From: Escherichia phage vB_Eco_F31
Sequence record: OP870147.1
DNA: 64,000 bases
Direction: 5' to 3' (one strand)
Part shown: in pieces, positions 42,859-52,831 of the stretch
How the letters are laid out: each line of letters opens with the position of its first letter
How positions within the stretch are numbered: the stretch's first letter is position 1
Notes under the pieces: generated by a model
What the model was told of the DNA's origin: nothing
What the model saw: the letters and a program-made list of their open reading frames with translations, nothing else
The model's database searches: none
Position numbers and translations under genes: made by a program

Positions 42859-43671
42859 ATGATCAAAGAACAACTTTTGAAAGAAGCTCAGAACATCGAG
42901 ACTTCAGTTGCTCTTAATAGTGTTTTCGAATCAGTAGAACTGTCTCCGGACGTTAAAGCTAATTTCAGCACTGTATTCGAAGCCACCGTTAAGCAGGAAG
43001 CAGTCAAACTGGCTGAATCTCATATCAAAGCCATCGCCGAAAAGGCCGAAGAAGAAGTTGAAAAGGCCAAAGAAGATGCTGAAGAGAAAGCTGATAAAAA
43101 ATTGGCTGAACAAGCTTCTAAATTCCTAGACCATCTTGCAAAAGAATGGCTCGCAGAAAACCAAATCGCAGTTGATAAAGGCATTAAAGCTGATTTGTTC
43201 GAATCCATGCTTGGTGGTCTGAAAGAACTGTTTGTTGAACATAACGTTGTTGTTCCAGAAGAATCTGTAGATGTTGTAGCAGAAATGGAAGAAGAGCTGG
43301 CCGAACATAAAGAAGAAACCGCTCGTTTGTTCGAAGAAGTTACCAAACGTGATGCATATATCAATTACGTTCAGCGTGAAACCGCTATTAATGAAAGCGT
43401 AAAAGACCTGACTGAATCTCAGAAAGAAAAAGTTATTGGCCTGGTTGAAGGTATGGATTATTCTGACGCATTTGGTACTAAGTTAACTGCTATTGTAGAA
43501 ATGGTTAAAGGTTCTACTAAAGAAGAAGCCGCTATTACCGAAAGTATAAATACAGTTGACAATGACGCTGCCGGTCTTAATTTTGTTGCCGAAGCAGTTG
43601 ACACTACCACAACTCAGGTAGAACAGAATTCTAATGTAAGTTTATATGCGAAAGTCGCATCTCGTTTCTAA
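42859..43671 (+). CDS. 22: prohead core scaffold protein
   Basis: 270 aa, acidic coiled-coil. Confidence 0.92.
   Translation: MIKEQLLKEAQNIETSVALNSVFESVELSPDVKANFSTVFEATVKQEAVKLAESHIKAIAEKAEEEVEKAKEDAEEKADKKLAEQASKFLDHLAKEWLAENQIAVDKGIKADLFESMLGGLKELFVEHNVVVPEESVDVVAEMEEELAEHKEETARLFEEVTKRDAYINYVQRETAINESVKDLTESQKEKVIGLVEGMDYSDAFGTKLTAIVEMVKGSTKEEAAITESINTVDNDAAGLNFVAEAVDTTTTQVEQNSNVSLYAKVASRF
43545..43552 (+). promoter_or_regulatory. late promoter TATAAATA inside gene 22 3' end, candidate P23
   Basis: Exact octamer about 137 nt upstream of gene 23 ATG. Confidence 0.45.
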
Positions 43672-43688
43672 TTTAAAGGTTAACACAA

Positions 43689-45257
43689 ATGACTACTATC
43701 AAAACTAAAGCTCAGCTCGTAGACAAATGGAAAGAACTGCTGGAAGGTGAAGGCCTGCCGGAAATCGCTAATAGCAAGCAGGCTATTATCGCTAAAATCT
43801 TCGAAAACCAGGAAAAAGATTTCGAAGTATCCCCTGAATATAAAGACGAGAAAATCGCTCAGGCATTTGGTTCTTTCTTGACCGAAGCTGAAATTGGTGG
43901 TGACCATGGTTATAATGCTCAGAACATCGCAGCAGGTCAAACCTCTGGTGCAGTAACCCAAATTGGGCCGGCAGTTATGGGTATGGTTCGTCGTGCTATT
44001 CCTAATCTGATCGCTTTTGATATTTGTGGTGTTCAGCCTATGAACAGCCCTACCGGTCAGGTATTTGCTCTCCGTGCAGTATATGGTAAAGACCCTATCG
44101 CTGCTGGCGCTAAAGAAGCTTTCCATCCGATGTATGCCCCAGACGCGATGTTCTCTGGTCAGGGTGCTGCTAAGAAATTCCCAGCTCTGGCTGCTGACAC
44201 TACTACTGTTGTAGGTGATATCTATACTCACTTCTTCCAAGAAACTGGTACTGTATATCTGCAAGCTTCTGCTGTCGTAACACTTGATTCTAGTGCAACT
44301 GATGCAGCTAAATTAGATGCAGAAGTTAAGAAACAAATGGAAGCTGGTGCACTGGTAGAAATCGCTGAAGGTATGGCTACTTCTATCGCTGAACTCCAGG
44401 AAGGTTTCAACGGTTCTACCGATAACCCATGGAATGAAATGGGCTTCCGTATCGATAAACAAGTTATCGAAGCTAAATCTCGCCAGCTGAAAGCTGCTTA
44501 CTCTATCGAATTAGCACAAGACCTCCGTGCAGTACACGGTATGGATGCTGATGCTGAACTGAGCGGTATTCTGGCTACAGAAATTATGCTAGAAATCAAC
44601 CGTGAAGTTGTTGATTGGATTAACTACTCAGCACAGGTTGGTAAATCCGGTATGACCCTGACTCCGGGTTCTAAAGCTGGTGTATTTGACTTCCAGGACC
44701 CGATTGATATCCGTGGTGCTCGTTGGGCCGGTGAAAGCTTTAAATCTCTGTTGTTCCAGATTGATAAAGAAGCAGTTGAAATTGCTCGTCAAACCGGTCG
44801 TGGTGAAGGTAACTTCATTATCGCTTCCCGTAACGTAGTTAACGTACTGGCTTCAGTTGATACTGGTATTTCTTACGCTGCACAGGGTCTGGCTTCTGGT
44901 TTTAATACCGACACTACTAAGTCTGTATTTGCCGGTGTACTTGGTGGTAAATACCGCGTATACATCGACCAGTATGCTAAACAGGATTACTTCACCGTTG
45001 GTTACAAAGGCGCTAACGAAATGGATGCAGGTATTTACTATGCTCCTTACGTTGCACTTACCCCGCTGCGTGGTTCCGATCCTAAGAACTTCCAGCCGGT
45101 AATGGGCTTTAAAACTCGTTACGGTATCGGTGTTAACCCGTTTGCTGAAAGTTCCCTGCAGGCTCCAGGTGCTCGCATCCAGTCCGGTATGCCATCTATC
45201 CTGAACAGCCTTGGTAAGAACGCTTACTTCCGCCGTGTATATGTAAAAGGCATCTAA
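43689..45257 (+). CDS. 23: major capsid protein
   Basis: 522 aa; strong resemblance to T4 gp23. Confidence 0.97.
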   Translation: MTTIKTKAQLVDKWKELLEGEGLPEIANSKQAIIAKIFENQEKDFEVSPEYKDEKIAQAFGSFLTEAEIGGDHGYNAQNIAAGQTSGAVTQIGPAVMGMVRRAIPNLIAFDICGVQPMNSPTGQVFALRAVYGKDPIAAGAKEAFHPMYAPDAMFSGQGAAKKFPALAADTTTVVGDIYTHFFQETGTVYLQASAVVTLDSSATDAAKLDAEVKKQMEAGALVEIAEGMATSIAELQEGFNGSTDNPWNEMGFRIDKQVIEAKSRQLKAAYSIELAQDLRAVHGMDADAELSGILATEIMLEINREVVDWINYSAQVGKSGMTLTPGSKAGVFDFQDPIDIRGARWAGESFKSLLFQIDKEAVEIARQTGRGEGNFIIASRNVVNVLASVDTGISYAAQGLASGFNTDTTKSVFAGVLGGKYRVYIDQYAKQDYFTVGYKGANEMDAGIYYAPYVALTPLRGSDPKNFQPVMGFKTRYGIGVNPFAESSLQAPGARIQSGMPSILNSLGKNAYFRRVYVKGI

Positions 45258-45281
45258 TCTTAATTGATTAAATCTTATTTT

Positions 45282-45310
45282 GGGAGACTTCGGTCTCCCA
45301 TTTTTGGTTT
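45282..45310 (+). terminator. rho-independent terminator after gene 23 (GGGAGAC-TTCG-GTCTCCC + T-run)
   Basis: GC stem, TTCG loop, ATTTTTGGTTTT tail. Confidence 0.75.
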
Positions 45311-45579
45311 TATTTCTGTGCAATTTCGATGTAAGTTTTCAAAATATTTTGCCAATTAGGCATACCTTCTTGGACATATGCTGGAGAACCGTCTTTGTTT
45401 TTGAATGATGCAAGTTTATCAGTGGCCCAATAACCTTTAGCTCGAGCTTCAGAATCAACTTTCATCCATACTTTGTTGAAGGCATTACCATTAACTTTTG
45501 CACCATATTTTTCTACTAACTTAACTGCTTCAGCTTCCAGAACTTTTAAAGTATCTCTTAAGAAACGTGCTTTAGTCAT
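45310..45579 (-). CDS. hypothetical protein
   Basis: 89 aa ORF with GAGGAG SD and own early promoter; occupies the segD position of T4. Confidence 0.55.
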   Translation of the reverse strand: MTKARFLRDTLKVLEAEAVKLVEKYGAKVNGNAFNKVWMKVDSEARAKGYWATDKLASFKNKDGSPAYVQEGMPNWQNILKTYIEIAQK

Positions 45580-45609
45580 TTTGTTTACTCCTCTGTAGTT
45601 GATAAGTCT

Positions 45610-45639
45610 ATAGTATCACATACCAAATACGTTGTAAAC
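45610..45639 (-). promoter_or_regulatory. early promoter (GTTTAC-N18-TACTAT, minus strand)
   Basis: T4 early-promoter pattern upstream of 45310..45579. Confidence 0.55.
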
Positions 45640-45645
45640 AATCTT

Positions 45646-45653
45646 TATAAATA
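45646..45653 (+). promoter_or_regulatory. late promoter TATAAATA for gene 24
   Basis: Exact octamer 28 nt upstream of gene 24 ATG. Confidence 0.65.
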
Positions 45654-45680
45654 ATCTATATCACATAAGGAAAAAATGCA

Positions 45681-46964
45681 ATGAGTAAAATCCAAAAATT
45701 ATTGCGTGAATCTACAACGTCTACTAGCAACTCAATTGGTCGCCCAAATCTCGTTGCTTTGACTCGCGCTACGACTAAATTAATATATTCTGACATTGTA
45801 GCAACACAAAGAACTAATCAACCTGTTGCTGCTTTTTATGGTATCAAATATCTTAACCCAGACAACGAATTCACATTTAAAACCGGTGCTACTTATGCTG
45901 GCGAAGTTGGATATGTAGACCGAGAAAAAATTACTGAACTCACAGAAGAATCAAAAGTCACACTAAATAAAGGTGATTTTTTCAAATATAATAATATCGT
46001 CTATAAAGTGTTAGAAGATACACCATTTGCAGATATTCAAGAAAGTGATCTAGAATTAGCTCTTCAGATTGCAGTCGTTCATTTAAAGGTACGGTTATTT
46101 TCAGATGCAGCGGTAACAAGCAAATTTGAAAGCTCTGATAGCGAAATTTCTGATGCAAGATTCCAGATTAATAAATGGCAAACTTCAGTCAAATCTCGCA
46201 AACTTAAAACTGGTCTCACGGTTGAATTAGCGCAAGATTTGGAAGCGAATGGATTTGATGCCCCTAACTTCTTAGAGGATTTGCTTGCTACTGAAATGGC
46301 TGATGAAATTAATAAAGATATTCTTCAGTCTTTAATTACTGTATCGAAACGTTATAAAGTTACTGGAATTACTGACACCGGATTTATTGACTTGAGCTAT
46401 GCATCCGCTCCAGAAGCAGGTCGTTCATTATATCGAATGGTGTGTGAAATGGTATCACACATTCAAAAAGAGACAACTTATACTGCAACGTTTTGTGTAG
46501 CCTCAGCTCGTGCAGCTGCTATTCTTGCTGCTTCTGGTTGGTTAAAACATAAGCCAGAAGATGACAAGTATCTTTCACAAAATGCTTATGGATTCTTGGC
46601 AAATGGATTACCTCTTTACTGCGATACCAACAGCCCGTTAGATTATGTTATTGTGGGTGTTGTAGAAAATCTCGGCGAAAAAGAAATTGTAGGGTCCATC
46701 TTTTATGCTCCATACACTGAAGGAGTAGATTTAGATGACCCAGAACATGTCGGTGCTTTTAAAGTTGTAGTTGATCCAGAAAGCTTGCAACCGTCTATCG
46801 GATTATTGGTTAGATATGCCTTATCAGCAAATCCTTACACAGTAGCAAAAGATGAAAAAGAAGCGAGAATAATTGATGGCGGGGACATGGATAAAATGGC
46901 AGGACGTTCAGACTTGTCTGTTTTACTCGGTGTTAAGCTACCAAAAATTATCATTGATGAATAA
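45681..46964 (+). CDS. 24: capsid vertex protein
   Basis: 427 aa, same length as T4 gp24. Confidence 0.95.
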   Translation: MSKIQKLLRESTTSTSNSIGRPNLVALTRATTKLIYSDIVATQRTNQPVAAFYGIKYLNPDNEFTFKTGATYAGEVGYVDREKITELTEESKVTLNKGDFFKYNNIVYKVLEDTPFADIQESDLELALQIAVVHLKVRLFSDAAVTSKFESSDSEISDARFQINKWQTSVKSRKLKTGLTVELAQDLEANGFDAPNFLEDLLATEMADEINKDILQSLITVSKRYKVTGITDTGFIDLSYASAPEAGRSLYRMVCEMVSHIQKETTYTATFCVASARAAAILAASGWLKHKPEDDKYLSQNAYGFLANGLPLYCDTNSPLDYVIVGVVENLGEKEIVGSIFYAPYTEGVDLDDPEHVGAFKVVVDPESLQPSIGLLVRYALSANPYTVAKDEKEARIIDGGDMDKMAGRSDLSVLLGVKLPKIIIDE

Positions 46965-46973
46965 AAAAAAAAA

Positions 46974-46995
46974 GGGACCGTAAGGTCCCTTTTTC
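46974..46995. terminator. bidirectional terminator (A-run, GGGACC-GTAA-GGTCCC, T-run) between gene 24 and rnlB
   Basis: Stem-loop flanked by A11 and T5. Confidence 0.7.
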
Positions 46996-46996
46996 G

Positions 46997-47995
46997 TTAT
47001 GATACTAATTCAATCCATGCAGGACGCAGAACATCTTGCACCATTCGGACTAATTCTTTCTTAACAAGATTCGGATTATCAGATGATGTTAATACAATAC
47101 CTTCACGAGAAGTTTCTTCCAGAATATCTTGAACAGTCAATCCCATCACTTTGCCAAAATCTTTTGGCGTTACAGTCCCAATCTTAGAAATCACATTATT
47201 AACACGATTTAATGTAACATAACAAGCTAGAACATCAAGTAAGTTTTTGTCAATTTCGGTTAATGGAACCTGAGTTTTAATAGGCTTATCAGACTTTTTC
47301 TTTTCACTGAATTTAGAGTTCTTGCACTTAATAGCTACACGAGTACCGTTTGGCAGCCATTTAGGGAAACAGGGCTTCAGAACATAACCTTCCGCAGTAT
47401 TATTACCAATAACATTAGCATCAAATACGCAATTATTTGCTTCGACAAGGTCTTCTGACGCAGTAGCATTATAAGCGGCTAAGACAGAATCAAGGTCGTT
47501 TGGAATCATGATAAGAGCATCAAATGTGCCACGACCAAGCATTGGTGCCATTTTAAAACCGAATTCATTACAGAAATCTTGCATTTCATAATCGGTCAAA
47601 TACGTATTATCACCACTTTCTGTATTGATAAGGATATCGAACACATAAAAATCTTTTTCACCGTAGTCAACACCTTTCTGGATTCCACCACCGGCGAATT
47701 CACCGAATACTTGATATGATACGGCTCGAGCTGTGTACATGAATTCCTGAACGGCTTTAATAGCTTTATCATACTTCTTGAGTACGATTTCATAACCATA
47801 AAAATCTTCTGCTGGAAGAATAGGGCCTGTGCGCTTGGCGCATGTGACGTTGTCACGTTCAATTATTAACGAGAAGTTAGTCCCATGGATTTTCTCACGT
47901 GCTACCCAAACACCAGTAGTCAAACCATTAGTGTAGAGTTTTTCAATAAACTTAGAGTTGTAGTGGTTTTCAAGACTGCTGTATTTCTTAAACAT
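46997..47995 (-). CDS. rnlB: RNA ligase 2
   Basis: 332 aa; [21 protein letters not shown]...[12 protein letters not shown] with ligase motif I lysine. Confidence 0.93.
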   Translation of the reverse strand: MFKKYSSLENHYNSKFIEKLYTNGLTTGVWVAREKIHGTNFSLIIERDNVTCAKRTGPILPAEDFYGYEIVLKKYDKAIKAVQEFMYTARAVSYQVFGEFAGGGIQKGVDYGEKDFYVFDILINTESGDNTYLTDYEMQDFCNEFGFKMAPMLGRGTFDALIMIPNDLDSVLAAYNATASEDLVEANNCVFDANVIGNNTAEGYVLKPCFPKWLPNGTRVAIKCKNSKFSEKKKSDKPIKTQVPLTEIDKNLLDVLACYVTLNRVNNVISKIGTVTPKDFGKVMGLTVQDILEETSREGIVLTSSDNPNLVKKELVRMVQDVLRPAWIELVS

Positions 47996-48083
47996 AAATC
48001 ACCATTATAAATAATATCAAAATAATTAGCAGAGACTCTGTCTCCGACCAGATGTTTAATTTGAATGGATAGAACCTAGATTC

Positions 48084-48109
48084 ATTATACCATCAAAAAA
48101 TGTAAAGCA
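48084..48109 (-). promoter_or_regulatory. putative MotA-type middle promoter upstream of rnlB
   Basis: Minus strand ATGCTTTAC then 13 nt then TATAAT. Confidence 0.35.
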
Positions 48110-48111
48110 TA

Positions 48112-48363
48112 TTAGAACTTGATTTCTATCCAATGACCATCACGCTGGTCGTGATTAATTTTATACTGAAAGCCATTATCACGTAACCACTGCCCGACTT
48201 GCTCAGTGATAGTTAAATCATTCTTTGACGGGTAGTACGTGAATTGTGTCTGGCCTTTATCAGCGGCTTTCTCTGCCATCACAGAGAAGTTAGTAATAAA
48301 ATCACTCAACAAATTAGCTTTAGTGGCCAGAGCCCTTTCTCTTAATTCCTGTGCAAAACTCAT
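48112..48363 (-). CDS. hypothetical protein
   Basis: 83 aa ORF. Confidence 0.55.
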   Translation of the reverse strand: MSFAQELRERALATKANLLSDFITNFSVMAEKAADKGQTQFTYYPSKNDLTITEQVGQWLRDNGFQYKINHDQRDGHWIEIKF

Positions 48364-48560
48364 TTCTTCACCTTTTTGTTAATCAAACGTTTACGGTATA
48401 CAACTTTTTCTTTTGCTTTAAACTTTGACCGAGCTGTCTCGGCTTTAGTCCATAGTAATCCAACTTCTTTAGGTTGTAAACCGATTTTTTGAGCAATTTC
48501 TACGAATGAAAATCCCGCCTCATGTAATGTATAAACTTCAACTTCAGCTCTCATAATCAA
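48360..48560 (-). CDS. hypothetical small protein, possible helix-turn-helix
   Basis: 66 aa; segment GFSFVEIAQKIGLQPKEV followed by basic tail. Confidence 0.5.
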   Translation of the reverse strand: MIMRAEVEVYTLHEAGFSFVEIAQKIGLQPKEVGLLWTKAETARSKFKAKEKVVYRKRLINKKVKK

Positions 48561-48619
48561 TCCCGTATTATTTGGTTTGTGCCATTATATACATCAATCT
48601 CAAGATGTGTTTTGTATGC

Positions 48620-48650
48620 TTTAAAAACGAAGAAAGGGGCCGAAGCCCCT
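48620..48650 (-). terminator. rho-independent terminator after hoc (AGGGGC-TTCG-GCCCCT + U-run on minus strand)
   Basis: GC stem with tetraloop followed by T-rich tract on the transcribed strand. Confidence 0.6.
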
Positions 48651-48655
48651 TACGA

Positions 48656-50074
48656 TTATGGATATGTATAGATGATACCAGTTTCCAAAGCAGTTTTATG
48701 GATGATGTATCCATTACGTGATTCTTGAACATCAACTTCTGGATAATCTTTCATCATCTTCTGAAGAGTGTAACGATGCAGGTAGTATTTACTATCTGGA
48801 TCTTCAGTTTTCCAATCTTTACCTTCTTCAGTCATTTTTTGGATTTCATCCATAACCCACCATCCGCACCAGATGTAAGCTGAAGTACGATGTGGAAGAG
48901 GATGAACATAAGGTAATTCACCTTCTGGTTCTGGAGCAACTTTATCGGTTACCTGAACTTGACCTTCTGCTGTAATAGTTTTGCTATCGTAATCAGTTGC
49001 AGTAATAGTTGCAGTAACTTCAATAGTTTGACTTCCAATAGATGAGGTATCAACGGTATATACATTAGTTGACCCTTCTACAGGAGAAGAATCTTTCTTC
49101 CATGAATACTCAATTTGCGCTTCTTCTGGAGCATCAGTGACATTAGCGGTAAATGTAGCCGAAGCATCTTGCTGAACGTTAATAGAAGGAGGAGTCAATG
49201 TAACCCGTGGATTCATTGTCTTCTTATTAACCGTTAATGATACTTCATTCGAAGTAACTTCCTTTGCATCATAATCTGTCGCGGTTACTTGGGCTACACA
49301 CTTAATTCTTTTTACTCCACTTGTAGTCGGAGTATAGCTAAATGTAGAGTTAGTTTCTCCACCAACCTGTGAATCATCTACATACCACTGATACGTAGCA
49401 GACGCTCCAACCGGTTGAGAAGCTAAGGCAGCAGTAAATTGAACTGGGGTTCCAATTACTCCGGCTGAAGGACTATTGGGAGTTACTGCCAACGTAGTTG
49501 TCTGTGTCTTTTTATTAACAGTCAGTGACACTTCATTAGAAGTAACGCTTAGTGCGTCATAATCTGTTGCGGTTACTTGGGCTACACATTTAATTTTTTT
49601 AACTCCGCTTGTGGTAGGAGTGTAATTGAATGTAGCAGAAGTTGCTTCGCCAACAGGAGAATCATCTACATACCATTGATAAGTAGCGTTTGCGCCTGAT
49701 GGCTGCGAAGCTAAAGCGGCGGTAAATTCAATAGCTGTTCCTATTACTCCAGCGTCAGGGCTATTAGGAGTTACAGCTAAGGTAGTCGTTTGTGTCTTGT
49801 TTTGAACTGTGATAGTTGTAGTAGCTTCTGCTGTTTCAGCTTCAGCGTCTGGAACTGTATTTGTTGCAACTACTTTAATAGTCTTTTGACCGGCAGGTCC
49901 TTTTAGTACATAACTAAAAGTTGCTTCAGCTCCATCTTGTGGAACATCATCCACAGACCAAGCATATGTAATAGGTCCATCTCCAGTTTGACCACTGGGT
50001 GTAGCAGTAAACTGCTTAGTCTCATCTATAACTCCAGTAGGTGTTTTAGGAGTTATATCAACTGTAAAAGCCAT
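48656..50074 (-). CDS. hoc: Hoc outer capsid decoration protein with four Ig-like domains
   Basis: 472 aa; N- and C-terminal segments match T4 Hoc pattern; internal 96-aa unit duplicated in tandem. Confidence 0.9.
   Translation of the reverse strand: MAFTVDITPKTPTGVIDETKQFTATPSGQTGDGPITYAWSVDDVPQDGAEATFSYVLKGPAGQKTIKVVATNTVPDAEAETAEATTTITVQNKTQTTTLAVTPNSPDAGVIGTAIEFTAALASQPSGANATYQWYVDDSPVGEATSATFNYTPTTSGVKKIKCVAQVTATDYDALSVTSNEVSLTVNKKTQTTTLAVTPNSPSAGVIGTPVQFTAALASQPVGASATYQWYVDDSQVGGETNSTFSYTPTTSGVKRIKCVAQVTATDYDAKEVTSNEVSLTVNKKTMNPRVTLTPPSINVQQDASATFTANVTDAPEEAQIEYSWKKDSSPVEGSTNVYTVDTSSIGSQTIEVTATITATDYDSKTITAEGQVQVTDKVAPEPEGELPYVHPLPHRTSAYIWCGWWVMDEIQKMTEEGKDWKTEDPDSKYYLHRYTLQKMMKDYPEVDVQESRNGYIIHKTALETGIIYTYP
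49223..49798. repeat. diverged in-frame tandem duplication (2 x 288 bp) inside hoc encoding two Ig-like domains
   Basis: Protein units KTQTTTLAVTPNSP...SLTVNK repeated with about 84% amino-acid identity. Confidence 0.8.
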
Positions 50075-50083
50075 AACTTATCC

Positions 50084-50752
50084 TTATTTTAATGTTATGA
50101 AAGAAGAATTACGAGTTTCACGAATTAGAACTGATCCATCGCGATTAATATAATAAATTAAGCTAAATAATGTTTGGTGAGCAGAAGCATGCACAAAACT
50201 AGTTGGGCGAGATTTCCAATCTGGGGTTTCGGCTATCCATTGATAAATCCACCAAGGAACAGTAACATATCCTGGGCCTTTGCCTAATTTAATGAGTGTA
50301 GGACTAAAATTTTCAGGCAGAACAAATTTTACTTCTTTATTTACCTCTGGTTCAGGCTCTTTTTCGGATTCAACAATCTGAGTAATTGCTTCTTCGAATT
50401 TATCATGGTCGAATTCTTTTTCTTGTTCGACAACTTCTAATACTTCAACTTGTTCTGTTGGAGAATCAAACAACAGAATAGCTTCTTCTTTAACTTCTTC
50501 GTTGGTGAAATTAACACCGTCCACATCATCTGCGGCAGTAATTAAATCGGTGATAGATAATCCATCAGTTTCAGGTAATGGTTCATCAGCCAGTGCGTTA
50601 AGAGCTTCTTCGATATCAATAACAATATTATCGAATGATTTTGTTTTCTTAACACTAATGCCAAATTGTTCCGCATATTCAAACAGTTTAGCTTTGGCTT
50701 CCTTTTTATCAGAAAGAGCACGTAACTCTTCAATATAGTCTTTATCGATCAT
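50084..50752 (-). CDS. inh: Inh inhibitor of prohead protease
   Basis: 222 aa; position between hoc and uvsW as in T4. Confidence 0.8.
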   Translation of the reverse strand: MIDKDYIEELRALSDKKEAKAKLFEYAEQFGISVKKTKSFDNIVIDIEEALNALADEPLPETDGLSITDLITAADDVDGVNFTNEEVKEEAILLFDSPTEQVEVLEVVEQEKEFDHDKFEEAITQIVESEKEPEPEVNKEVKFVLPENFSPTLIKLGKGPGYVTVPWWIYQWIAETPDWKSRPTSFVHASAHQTLFSLIYYINRDGSVLIRETRNSSFITLK

Positions 50753-50765
50753 GATATTTCCTCAT

Positions 50766-50773
50766 TATAAATA
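50766..50773 (+). promoter_or_regulatory. late promoter TATAAATA for uvsW
   Basis: Exact octamer about 30 nt upstream of uvsW ATG. Confidence 0.6.
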
Positions 50774-50802
50774 TAACTATATTTATTACATGGTAATTTG
50801 AC

Positions 50803-52317
50803 ATGACTGACATTAAAGTACATTTTTATGATTTTAGTCACGTGCGCATTGAATGCGACGAAAGTACGTTTTACGAACTTCGTGACTTTTTTAGCTTTGA
50901 AGCTGACGGGTATAAATTTAACCCAAAATATCGCTATGGGCAATGGGATGGTAGAATTCGACTTTTAGATTACAATCGTTTGTTACCATATGGACTTGTA
51001 GGACAAATAAAAAAGTTCTGTAACAATATGAGTTATTCTGTATGGATTGACCCTAAAATCTTTGAGACTGAAGACCTTACCAGGGAAGATTTTGACGCAT
51101 GGCTTTCTAAACAAGAAATTTATTCTGGCAACGCCAAAATTGAACCACATTGGTATCAAAAAGATGCAGTATATGAAGGACTAGTTAATCGTCGTCGAAT
51201 TTTAAACCTTCCGACATCAGCAGGTAAATCACTAATCCAAGCACTTTTAGCTCGGTATTATCTAGAGAACTATGAAGGTAAAATTCTCATTATCGTCCCT
51301 ACAACAGCATTGACAACCCAGATGGCTAATGATTTTGTTGATTATCGCTTGTTTAGTCATTCGATGATTAAGAAAATTGGCGGTGGTGCTGATAAAGCGG
51401 ACAAATCTAAAAACGACGCTCCAATTATTGTTGGCACATGGCAAACGGTAGTTAAGCAGCCTAAAGAATGGTTCTCTCAGTTCGGTATGATGATGAACGA
51501 TGAATGCCACTTAGCAACAGGCAAAAGTATTTCTTCAATCATCTCAGGATTAAATAATTGTATGTTTAAATTCGGTTTATCCGGCTCATTAAGAGACGGA
51601 AAAGCCAATGTAATGCAGTACGTAGGAATGTTCGGTGAAATCTTCCGTCCTGTTAGCACGTCTAAATTAATGGAAGATGGACAAGTAACTGAGCTTAAGA
51701 TTAATAGTATTTTCCTTCGTTATCCGGACGAATTCGCCACCAAATTAAAAGGTAAAACATACCAAGAAGAAGTTAAAATTATTACCGGACTAAAACGTCG
51801 TACAAAGTGGATTGCTCAACTTTCGGTCAAATTGGCTAAGAAAGACGAGAACGCCTTTGTAATGTTTAAACATGTTACACACGGTAAAGAAATATTTGAA
51901 GCTATTAAAGAGCTTGGATACGAAAAAGTTTATTACGTATCAGGTGAAGTTGATACTGAAACACGTAACGCGCTTAAAGTCATGGCAGAAAATGGTAAAG
52001 GCATTATTATTGTCGCATCATATGGAGTATTCTCTACTGGTATTTCAGTCAAGAATCTTCATCATGTTATTTTTGCCCATGGTGTTAAATCAAAAATTAT
52101 CGTACTTCAAACCGTAGGTCGCGTGCTTCGTAAGCATGGTTCTAAAGCTGTTGCTACAGTTTGGGATCTCATCGACGATGCAGGTGTAAAACCTAAATCA
52201 TTAAATACTAAAAAGAAGTATACTCATCTTAATTACTTGTTAAAACACGGTATTGATCGTATCCAACGTTACGCTGATGAGAAATTTAACTATGTAATGA
52301 AAACAATTAATTTATAA
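50803..52317 (+). CDS. uvsW: UvsW DNA/RNA helicase
   Basis: 504 aa; Walker A PTSAGKS and MMNDECH box. Confidence 0.93.
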   Translation: MTDIKVHFYDFSHVRIECDESTFYELRDFFSFEADGYKFNPKYRYGQWDGRIRLLDYNRLLPYGLVGQIKKFCNNMSYSVWIDPKIFETEDLTREDFDAWLSKQEIYSGNAKIEPHWYQKDAVYEGLVNRRRILNLPTSAGKSLIQALLARYYLENYEGKILIIVPTTALTTQMANDFVDYRLFSHSMIKKIGGGADKADKSKNDAPIIVGTWQTVVKQPKEWFSQFGMMMNDECHLATGKSISSIISGLNNCMFKFGLSGSLRDGKANVMQYVGMFGEIFRPVSTSKLMEDGQVTELKINSIFLRYPDEFATKLKGKTYQEEVKIITGLKRRTKWIAQLSVKLAKKDENAFVMFKHVTHGKEIFEAIKELGYEKVYYVSGEVDTETRNALKVMAENGKGIIIVASYGVFSTGISVKNLHHVIFAHGVKSKIIVLQTVGRVLRKHGSKAVATVWDLIDDAGVKPKSLNTKKKYTHLNYLLKHGIDRIQRYADEKFNYVMKTINL

Positions 52318-52331
52318 GGGCTTCGGCCCTT
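52316..52331 (+). terminator. hairpin AAGGGC-TTCG-GCCCTT after uvsW
   Basis: GC stem with TTCG loop; weak T tail. Confidence 0.4.
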
Positions 52332-52342
52332 AGGAGATAAAA

Positions 52343-52573
52343 ATGGTACTTGAATTTAAACAATTTTTATACGAAGCATCTATTGACGAATTCATGGGTA
52401 AAATTGCTAGTTGTCATACCCTAGAAGGGCTTGAAGAATTGGAAGCTTATTATAAGAAACGTATAAAAGAAACGGAATTAAAAGATACAGATGATATTTC
52501 TGTCAGGGATGCCTTAGCAGGTAAGCGTGCCGAACTTGAAGGCGATGATGAGGATGTGGAAGAAGACTTCTAA
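52343..52573 (+). CDS. uvsW.1: UvsW.1
   Basis: 76 aa acidic protein, same length and position as T4 UvsW.1. Confidence 0.8.
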   Translation: MVLEFKQFLYEASIDEFMGKIASCHTLEGLEELEAYYKKRIKETELKDTDDISVRDALAGKRAELEGDDEDVEEDF

Positions 52574-52630
52574 TTAAAAAAAGGCCCGACCTTTTTGGAA
52601 GGGCCAAAAACCATAGGCAAAAAAGGTAAC

Positions 52631-52798
52631 ACTATAGTAAAAGTTGGGTTTCGTTCAATTGCTCTTCTGAACTTTCTGAAACCGGCAATTGTTGGACATA
52701 GTTATAACAAGGACCAGGATGTGCTGGGCCTTTGTCTGTTTCAACAACCAATGTAGAATCGATTGGAGTTTTACAGACAACACAAATCTTATCTGACA
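52631..52798 (-). CDS. small zinc-ribbon-like protein (uvsY.-2 position)
   Basis: Manual translation MSDKICVVCKTPIDS...PGPCYNY...; AGGAGG SD; below ORF-track cutoff. Confidence 0.5.
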
Positions 52799-52831
52799 TG
52801 ATTGCCTCCTAAGTTGAAATTACATATCTAT

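Noticed and set aside
43020-45323. Long minus-strand ORFs (43020-43364, 43680-44264, 44853-45323) inside genes 22 and 23
   Set aside because: They lie entirely within strongly supported capsid/scaffold genes on the opposite strand and have no RBS or promoter; treated as antisense frame artefacts. The same applies to 39328-39939 (antisense to gene 19) and 42387-42866 (antisense to gene 21).
48006-48013. Plus-strand TATAAATA octamer just upstream of the rnlB start
   Set aside because: It points away from any plus-strand gene (antisense to 24.2/24.3), and in an AT-rich genome of this size several chance occurrences are expected; not called as a late promoter.
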